Assembly: GCA_964487115.1 (NCBI GenBank)
Contig: CAZAPD010000033.1
Span: 1-38,356 of the forward strand
Direction: 5' to 3'
Origin: an uncultured Thermococci archaeon
Lineage (GTDB): Archaea > Methanobacteriota_B > Thermococci > Thermococcales > Thermococcaceae
DNA: 38,356 nt
In this document: in pieces, positions 31,962-38,356 of the stretch
Position numbering within the stretch: position 1 is the stretch's first letter
Layout of the letters: every line of letters begins with the position of its first letter
Notes under the pieces: generated by a model
Seen by the model: only the letters and a program-made list of their open reading frames with translations
Database searches by the model: none
What the model was told of the DNA's origin: nothing
Program-made: the position numbers and the translations under genes

Positions 31962-32089
31962 TAAAGCATGGGGCACAGGGAAAGTTGCAGTATTCCTTAG
32001 ATAATGCCCCCCAATAGCAATAAAGACCTGTTGTGAGCAAACATCCTGAGAATATGAACAAAAGTAAGAATAAAAAGCAGAGTGAATTC

Positions 32090-32785
32090 TCACTCGTGTT
32101 CCTCTTTTTTCTTTCTTTCAAGTATGGATTTAATTTCATTCAATGCATTGTTTTTTGCAAAGACTATTATCTGTCCCTTACTGGGTAATTTAGTATCTCC
32201 CGAGGGTATGGTTAGATTACCCTTCTCATCATAAACAGCTATTATCAAAGAATCCCTCGGAAGATTAAGATCTCTAACAACTTTTCCTGCTATTTCTTTT
32301 TTATCATCTATTCTGAATTCGACTATCTCAGCGCCTTCACGCGGGAAGAGTACGCGATTGAATCCCGGGGTTATTATGTTCCTGAAGATGTACTCTGCGG
32401 CTATCTCTTCTGGCGAGATAATAAAATCAAAATATCTGCGGAAGTCTTCAATTTCCTCAAACAGAGCTTTGTTTTTAGGATTACTTATTCTCAGTACAGT
32501 TTTAATTTTTGGATTAAGGTGCTTGGCAAGGATACAGGCAAGCAAATTGGCATCATCTTTTCCTGTCAAAGCCGCAAAAGCTGCTGCCTGCTTTATATTA
32601 GCCTCCTCAAGGATTTTCTGATCTGTAGCATCGCCCTCTATAACGAGACCGTTGAGGAGGAAGGAGAGTTCTTTAGCCCTCTCCTTGCTCATCTCGATTA
32701 TGGTGACATCATGTCCCTCATTTTCAAGCATCTTAGCCACGAGATAACCTACCCTGCCAGCCCCCATTATGATTACGAACATCAT
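32090..32785 (-). CDS. trkA: TrkA-family RCK (KTN) potassium-transport regulatory protein
   Basis: Rossmann motif IIMGAGRVG, GDAT, D.ANL and ISPE; C-terminal TrkA-C domain (IPSGDT). Confidence 0.9.
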   Translation of the reverse strand: MMFVIIMGAGRVGYLVAKMLENEGHDVTIIEMSKERAKELSFLLNGLVIEGDATDQKILEEANIKQAAAFAALTGKDDANLLACILAKHLNPKIKTVLRISNPKNKALFEEIEDFRRYFDFIISPEEIAAEYIFRNIITPGFNRVLFPREGAEIVEFRIDDKKEIAGKVVRDLNLPRDSLIIAVYDEKGNLTIPSGDTKLPSKGQIIVFAKNNALNEIKSILERKKKEEHE

Positions 32786-34323
32786 TTCTCACCCGCGAGT
32801 AGGTACTTGGCAATTTCGGCATATGCAGGTCTGGTTATCCCTATTCCTATGAGAACACCGAGTATTGTGGTTACAGCAAAACCTTTGAGGCTTCCGACGA
32901 AATACACCAACAGGAAGGACATTGCAACTACAGTTGTCGTTGCTGAAGCTAAGATGACGAAGAATGCCCTACCCATCCTTCTCAGCATGCCGAGTCTCTT
33001 GGAGATTCTACCGGCTCTCTTTCCTCCGAGGAGCTCATCAGTTATAACTATCTGCTGATCAACACCAGTTCCTATGGCCGCGATTATACCAGCTATACTC
33101 GGCAAATCAAGGTTCCACTTTATAAGCGACGCCACTCCAAGTATTATTATAACCTCAAAGAGACTTGTTGAAGCTATGGGAATCGCTATCTTAAAATTCC
33201 TGTAGTGGAGGTAAACTATTAAAAGTACGGCAATTAGTGCTCCTATCCCGGCATAAACAGCCTGATTCTTAAAGTTTTCACCCAATCTCGGGGATATGAA
33301 CTCCATACCAACAACTTTGAGCTTAACTGGTAAGGAGCCTGTTTGAAGAACTGTAGCTATCGTATGCGCCTCCTGCATTGCACTAATCCTGTCAGGAGCC
33401 GAACCCTCTATCTGAACATCCTGTCTTGGAATACCTTCAGCCAAACCGGAACCAACTGCATAAGGGCCATATAAACCGAGAACTCTGGTTATCAAGGCAT
33501 TTTCACTTTCACCTTTAGCCTGAGTTACAGTTCTAACTGTAAGGTTCTCAGCGGTGGCTTTCTCTTCCACCTGCTTCGCAACATTGCTATTCACATTGAT
33601 TAGGACTATCCTTTCCTTTTTCAATTGCTTAGCCATTTTAATTATCTCATCCGCACTTTGATTGTTGTATACAACCGGAGTTATGTGAAACGCTTTTTTA
33701 ACCCTCTCCATCAGAGTAGGAGCTGTTGGAACCTTAGAATTGAAGTCAGTGCTGTTCATTTTATCATAGATGTTCTTCGGCATTACCATGAGCGAATTCT
33801 CTGGAACGTCAAGGAAGAAATCGACAGGGTATCCCGCCTTCCCTTTGGCGAGTTCTGCAAACTTTTCAGCAGCAGTTTTTGATATTCTGAACGGAACTTC
33901 CCATTTATTATCCTGAATCTTGTATGGAAACACCTGTTCAACATCCTTACCTGTTGCAAATACCGTGCCTAAAAATTCCATATAGAATACACCTTGTTGC
34001 TCGATTACCTGTTTTATCCCCTGAGCTTGCTCTGCAGTGCTCACATTAGCAACTTTAACAAGGATTATCTGGTTTCCCTGAGCTTCCACTGTTATATCCT
34101 TAACACCAAAAGTGTTGAGTCTGTTTTGGAGAGAGAGAACAACTGTGTTCATGACATCTGTTGTAACAGGCTTTTCTGTTTCTACTATGAGAGCGACCCC
34201 ACCACTGATATCTATTCCATATGTTAAAGGCCTAACCACGAGAGTAGCAATTGAACCTATCAACACTAAGGTTAAAAATATGATCCTCCAGTTTTTAAGC
34301 AGGCTTTTTTTCCTCTTTCTCAT
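32782..34323 (-). CDS. secD: Protein translocase subunit SecD
   Basis: GIDISGG, RLN..G, L..GSLP, ISPRLG, L.LPSIAGII.AIGTGVD and TTILGV. Confidence 0.93.
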   Translation of the reverse strand: MRKRKKSLLKNWRIIFLTLVLIGSIATLVVRPLTYGIDISGGVALIVETEKPVTTDVMNTVVLSLQNRLNTFGVKDITVEAQGNQIILVKVANVSTAEQAQGIKQVIEQQGVFYMEFLGTVFATGKDVEQVFPYKIQDNKWEVPFRISKTAAEKFAELAKGKAGYPVDFFLDVPENSLMVMPKNIYDKMNSTDFNSKVPTAPTLMERVKKAFHITPVVYNNQSADEIIKMAKQLKKERIVLINVNSNVAKQVEEKATAENLTVRTVTQAKGESENALITRVLGLYGPYAVGSGLAEGIPRQDVQIEGSAPDRISAMQEAHTIATVLQTGSLPVKLKVVGMEFISPRLGENFKNQAVYAGIGALIAVLLIVYLHYRNFKIAIPIASTSLFEVIIILGVASLIKWNLDLPSIAGIIAAIGTGVDQQIVITDELLGGKRAGRISKRLGMLRRMGRAFFVILASATTTVVAMSFLLVYFVGSLKGFAVTTILGVLIGIGITRPAYAEIAKYLLAGEK

Positions 34324-35249
34324 TTTTTAACCCTCCCTGCATCCTTGCGGAGGATATACCACCTCAGTACCCCTGCGTTGAATATCCATGTGTTCATGAA
34401 ATCCGCTAAGAGACCGAATATCAGAACTACAGCAATACTGTCTATAACTTGGGATGTTGAGACCAAGAGAAGCACTACAAGAGCACCAAGAGTTGTCGTA
34501 CTCATGGTGAAACCTGTTGAAACCGCTGAGAGATATGCATCCTCTACGGTATCCTCCTTCCGCTTCAGTAAACGGGTTGTTAGTAGGATGTTGCTATCAA
34601 CGGTATAACCAATAAGCATCAGTAATGCTGCAATTGTGGCTGTTGTTAGCTGAATTCCGAACACGGACATCAAAGCCAGAGCTATTGTCATATCTGATAA
34701 AGCTGAAAAAACTATGGCGCTTGAAGACACTGGATTTCTGAAGAAAAGGAAGACTACAACAGCCATTCCAAGGAAGGCAAAGATTATAGCTTTAATACCC
34801 TGCTGCTGGGCGATTTTACCAAAGGTAGGTTGCACCTCACTGTGAGTGTATTCTGCATTAGGATACTTCACCCTCATGATCTTTATTATTGTAGTTGGAT
34901 CGGTTCCCACTGGAGCGTATATCCTAACACCTTTCTGGCTGATGCCAGAAAAACTCTCAACCCTAACCTGAGTACCAATTTCTCTACTTACATACTTGGC
35001 TAAATCATCAGGATTCGCATTAACACCATATGCTGTTACAACAACACCACCTTGAAGATCGATTCCAAGTGTTGGAAAATGAACTGTAAGCAACAGAGCG
35101 GCAATAATAAAAATCGCCAGTGGTATCATTATCATGCTTTTATGATTCATTCTCACTAGAAATCCCAGCTTTTTTTGTTTCTTCTGCCATATATTATCTG
35201 TAGCAGATTGTGGCTTTTTTTTATTAGCTTTAGTCTTGGCTTTTGCCAT
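34320..35249 (-). CDS. secF: Protein translocase subunit SecF
   Basis: GIDLQGG, V.PTFG, IAALLMLIGYTVDSNILL and MS.TT. Confidence 0.93.
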   Translation of the reverse strand: MAKAKTKANKKKPQSATDNIWQKKQKKLGFLVRMNHKSMIMIPLAIFIIAALLLTVHFPTLGIDLQGGVVVTAYGVNANPDDLAKYVSREIGTQVRVESFSGISQKGVRIYAPVGTDPTTIIKIMRVKYPNAEYTHSEVQPTFGKIAQQQGIKAIIFAFLGMAVVVFLFFRNPVSSSAIVFSALSDMTIALALMSVFGIQLTTATIAALLMLIGYTVDSNILLTTRLLKRKEDTVEDAYLSAVSTGFTMSTTTLGALVVLLLVSTSQVIDSIAVVLIFGLLADFMNTWIFNAGVLRWYILRKDAGRVKK

Positions 35250-35437
35250 AATCACACCCCTCTTAAGATTTTACATAACTCTGAATTTCTCTGTGCTCGA
35301 TAGTTGGGGATAATGAGTTTTAAAATTAATGGTCAAGCTTAAGTTACTGTTTGGTAATTGTGCAGGCTATCATTATTCCAAAAGCATGGGCTTAAGTTTA
35401 AAAGGCAAATGTGGAAAGTGGGGAATAGGTGAGAGCC

Positions 35438-35857
35438 ATGGAGACAATAGGATTTCACTATGTTGTCGAGGCAGCGGGCTGTGATGAGGAACTCCTTCAG
35501 AATGCTGACAAAATCCGACAGATTTTTCTTGAGGCTGCTAAAATCGGCAACATGGAAGTTAAAGCAAGCTACTTTTTTAAATTCTCCCCAACCGGTGTGA
35601 GTGGCATGGTTATAGTTGCTGAATCCCATATATCAATTCACACATGGCCCGAGAAGAGATACGCCGCGATAGATGTTTATACATGCGGCGAGACGGCTGA
35701 TCCTGAAAAGGCTGTAGATTACATACTCGATGCTATCAAAGCTGAATACGCCCATGTCTCTGAGATCAAGCGGGGTATAGAGGAGGATGACAACACATTT
35801 ACCCACATGATACTTACATGGGAGGAGAAACTCGACAGGAAAAATGGAAAGGGATAG
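35438..35857 (+). CDS. speD: Pyruvoyl-dependent S-adenosylmethionine decarboxylase proenzyme
   Basis: FSPTGVSG, AE|SHISIHTWPE self-cleavage site and DVYTCG. RBS AGGTGA. Arginine-decarboxylase activity, known for some archaeal paralogs, is not excluded. Confidence 0.88.
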   Translation: METIGFHYVVEAAGCDEELLQNADKIRQIFLEAAKIGNMEVKASYFFKFSPTGVSGMVIVAESHISIHTWPEKRYAAIDVYTCGETADPEKAVDYILDAIKAEYAHVSEIKRGIEEDDNTFTHMILTWEEKLDRKNGKG

Positions 35858-35858
35858 T

Positions 35859-36362
35859 TCACTCCAAGAGCCTCTCTATCTCATCTTTTAACTTCTCAAT
35901 CTTTTGCCGGAGTTCTTCGAATTTAATTTTATATGCCTCAAGCTCATCAACCTTCCTCCTGAGCTTATCATTTTCAGCTTTAAGTCTCTCGTATTCTTCT
36001 TTGCTTATGAATTCCCCTCTCTCTATGAGCTCTATGGTTCTCACAAGCTCGTCGAGCTTGCCCTTTTTGATGAGTTCGTATGTTTCTCTGACAATTTGGC
36101 CGGCCTTGGTCTCGCCTTTTAGATGTTTTCTAATAGTGTGCTCAGTTCTACCAAGCTCTTCTGCAATTTCTCCAACTGTCATTCCAGCCTTTTCTCTCGC
36201 AATAGCACCGGCGGCAACTGCCAAGCTGTCGACCCATGTGAGTCTTTCCTCCGGGTTCTTTATCATTTCCACTACCTCTGGCCTGAAAAGGGATGCAAAC
36301 AACAGAATGCTTTCAAGCTGGTGTATCTCACTCCTTCCAAGCGGATTCAGTGGCACCTCCAT
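35859..36362 (-). CDS. HTH transcriptional regulator-like protein with C-terminal coiled coil ('near-KaiC' regulatory domain family)
   Basis: ERLTWVDSLAVAAGA, HTH 'MTVGEIAEELGRTEHTIRKHL' and a heptad tail; directly downstream of the KaiC-like ATPase. Confidence 0.8.
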   Translation of the reverse strand: MEVPLNPLGRSEIHQLESILLFASLFRPEVVEMIKNPEERLTWVDSLAVAAGAIAREKAGMTVGEIAEELGRTEHTIRKHLKGETKAGQIVRETYELIKKGKLDELVRTIELIERGEFISKEEYERLKAENDKLRRKVDELEAYKIKFEELRQKIEKLKDEIERLLE

Positions 36363-36395
36363 ACTCTCACCCCCCAGTTTTTCACTCACCCTCAA

Positions 36396-37127
36396 CTACC
36401 CCTTTCTCCTGAGAACCTTATCAGGATAAACGACTATTCCCTTATCGGTTATCTCAAAGGGATGCCTCCGCATGGAATGACTCGTCCCGCGCATCTTCCA
36501 GACTATAAGCGAACGCTTCAGCTCGCCATCTATCTCATCAAGGTCAAGGCGAATTATTCCATCAACGCCGTGCTCAACACCAGGCCCACCGAAGCCGCGC
36601 TCACCGACACTTATCTGGCTCACCAGTATGCTGGTAACCCCAAGGCCGGCCAAAACCCTCTTGAGCTGCATGACTACGCTCCTCGCCATGGCAGGTTTGT
36701 TGATGTAGAGGGTTGTAACCGAGTCTATAACGACCCTCTTGGCACCGATGTCCTTGATGGCTGTTCTAAGGACGTCTATAAACTCGCGGATGTCGGTAAG
36801 GTCGTGGACGATGTATTTCTCATACTCCTTGCTCTTGCCGATTCCGGTTGTGAATGCGTCAACCATGGCAAAAAGACCTCCCTCCTCATGCTTCTTGACG
36901 TCCCAGCCAAACTGGGCCATGTTCTGCCTGACCTGGACGGGATGTTCTTCAAGCGCCACATATATTCCAGGCTCGCCGTTTTGTAAGCCGTTCCAGAGGA
37001 ACTGCTGGCTAAAGATAGACTTGCCCGTTCCAGGGCCGCCGCTGAGCAGAACCACGTTCCTCTCAGGAATTCCACCGTGGAGAACTTCGTCCAATCCGGG
37101 GATGCCCGTTCGCACTCTCTTCATCAT
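36396..37127 (-). CDS. Single-domain KaiC/RecA-superfamily ATPase (PH0284-like)
   Basis: TGIPGLD..L.GGIP, Walker [12 protein letters not shown], Walker B VVIDS and KMRGT.H. Confidence 0.92.
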   Translation of the reverse strand: MMKRVRTGIPGLDEVLHGGIPERNVVLLSGGPGTGKSIFSQQFLWNGLQNGEPGIYVALEEHPVQVRQNMAQFGWDVKKHEEGGLFAMVDAFTTGIGKSKEYEKYIVHDLTDIREFIDVLRTAIKDIGAKRVVIDSVTTLYINKPAMARSVVMQLKRVLAGLGVTSILVSQISVGERGFGGPGVEHGVDGIIRLDLDEIDGELKRSLIVWKMRGTSHSMRRHPFEITDKGIVVYPDKVLRRKG

Positions 37128-37204
37128 CGGGCATCACCTCCGGGCATTTTTAGTTACCAATAGTTATTTAATAGGCATGACTTATAAAACTTACGATGTA
37201 TTGC

Positions 37205-37708
37205 TCACCGAACCCTTCGTATAAACTCTCCAATATCAGTAACATTCAGTATAAATTTCCTCCGGCTTTCAGGATTTATCCTCCCTATTCCAAGGATAAC
37301 TCCATTTTCATCGAATACCACCAGCTTCTTCGTCCCCTGCCATACATATCTTCTCACACCGCTTCTGGGCACATCCTTGCCAGTTGTGAATAGAAAACCC
37401 GCTTTTGGCGTTAAAACAGCGTAATTCTTGATGACATTAACGAAGTAGAAAAACTCAACATTGGGATAAAATTTTTCAACGAGATTTTTATCGACCTTTA
37501 TGGTTCCTACAAACGTTCCATAGGAGTATGGCTTCATTCTGAGATTCTCGATTTCCCTCCAAACCTCTTCATTGACAGCATACACATCCCTGAACTTACC
37601 CTCGACGACCGCAAAAAACTCATGCTTAAGCTCTCCATATTTTTCTGCTTCTCTCAAAATTAAGTCGAACTCCCATGAGGAAACTCTTCGATATCTCAAC
37701 TCCATCAT
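37205..37708 (-). CDS. Nip7-like PUA-domain RNA-binding / ribosome biogenesis protein
   Basis: C-terminal PUA-like 'FLFTTGKDV...VV.DENG..LG.G' and the Nip7 terminus 'DIGEFIRR'. TATA (37729-37736) lies ~20 nt from the ATG with no RBS, suggesting a leaderless mRNA. Confidence 0.8.
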   Translation of the reverse strand: MMELRYRRVSSWEFDLILREAEKYGELKHEFFAVVEGKFRDVYAVNEEVWREIENLRMKPYSYGTFVGTIKVDKNLVEKFYPNVEFFYFVNVIKNYAVLTPKAGFLFTTGKDVPRSGVRRYVWQGTKKLVVFDENGVILGIGRINPESRRKFILNVTDIGEFIRRVR

Positions 37709-37803
37709 GTTTAAAATTCGAGGTAGATATTATAAGCTTTTTAGTCCTTTTCTATCCCAGAAAAGGTCATTGTAGCTTGATAAAAAAGATTAAGAAGAAA
37801 TAG

Positions 37804-37980
37804 TTACCAGTCTTCATCTTCTTCATCAATATCCCAATCTTCGGACTCATCCCAACTTTCTTCTTCAAAGTCCTCGTCTTCTTCCCAGCTTTCCTCTTCA
37901 AATTCTTCTTCCTCAATTTCCTCTTCTACCGGCTCCTCTTCGTATTCCTCAACTTTCTTCTTTCTCTTTGGAGGTTGCAT
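37804..37980 (-). CDS. Small protein with basic N-terminus and Glu/Asp/Trp-rich tail (58 aa)
   Basis: Perfect RBS GGAGGTG, BRE/TATA GCAAAAAGTTTATAAA (38030-38045) and a T-rich terminator after the stop. Confidence 0.75.
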   Translation of the reverse strand: MQPPKRKKKVEEYEEEPVEEEIEEEEFEEESWEEDEDFEEESWDESEDWDIDEEDEDW

Positions 37981-38259
37981 TTGAGACACCTCCCACCCCT
38001 GAGGGGCATCAATATTGGTAAAACTTGGGTTTATAAACTTTTTGCTGGATAATGTTGGTTCTCAGCCGAGAACTAAAAATTTTAGGGTGAATTAACAAAG
38101 TTAAAACAAAATAAAAGTCCTATCCAGGAGAAAGGTTTATATACCCATAGCTTACCGTAAATTGGGTTACTTCAGATCTTAAAGAATCAGGCCATAGCAA
38201 ACCAAGATTAGAGCAATATGGCGGTAGTAATATTAGAATTAGGGGATTTGGTGGGAGAT

Positions 38260-38356
38260 ATGGAGGACAAAGAAAGCTCCGATAGTGAGACACCACTCAT
38301 AAGAGCCAGAAAATTGGAACAGTACGTGGGAATATCAAAAATATACCCCAAGTTCA
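38260..38356 (+). CDS. 5' fragment of a PLP-dependent fold type II enzyme (threonine synthase-like); runs off the window
   Basis: ETPLIRARKLEQYVGISKIYPKF resembles 'G.TPL.RA..L...LG...IY.K.E'. An in-frame upstream ATG is at 38218; BRE/TATA GAAAGGTTTATATA lies at 38130-38143. Confidence 0.6.
   Translation, partial: MEDKESSDSETPLIRARKLEQYVGISKIYPKF

Noticed and set aside
36123..36986. Long 287-aa plus-strand ORF and other antisense ORFs in the track (e.g. 26283-26777, 32519-33058)
   Set aside because: These are shadows of well-supported opposite-strand genes, with no motifs and atypical composition.
36396..37127. Circadian clock KaiC or RadA recombinase
   Set aside because: Single ATPase domain, no kaiA or kaiB nearby and no RadA N-terminal domain.
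37951..37971. PKRKKKV resembling the SV40 nuclear localisation signal
   Set aside because: The context is archaeal, and a short Lys/Arg run is expected by chance or as a nucleic-acid-binding patch.

Overview
Archaeal chromosomal window with Thermococcales-type proteins, GGAGGTGA-like ribosome-binding sites and BRE/TATA promoters. From left to right it contains: two tandem M1/gluzincin-fold genes, the second apparently catalytically dead; purL-purP-guaAB-[antitoxin+VapC toxin]-guaAA; a small hypothetical gene; and a ~12 kb tightly coupled minus-strand operon. That operon encodes a secreted alpha/alpha-toroid protein, a CetZ-like tubulin/FtsZ GTPase, a 2-TM membrane protein, six class III (prepilin) signal-peptide proteins of 145-811 aa and a DUF2101-like membrane protein. 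It is followed by taw1, an orphan secreted protein, hemK2, the complete intein-free A1Ao ATP synthase operon (atpHIKECFABD), trkA, secD, secF, speD, a KaiC-like ATPase with an HTH partner, a Nip7-like gene, a tiny hyper-acidic protein and the start of a PLP fold-II gene. I saw no rRNA, tRNA, CRISPR array, transposase or integrase. The best candidate for an uncharacterised system is the CetZ-linked pilin/adhesin operon. Secondary findings are the double pseudo-peptidase with a compensated frameshift pair, a duplicated palindromic operator flanking the purL TATA box, and a toxin-antitoxin pair splitting the GMP synthase genes. All family calls come from motif recognition by eye; no searches were run.
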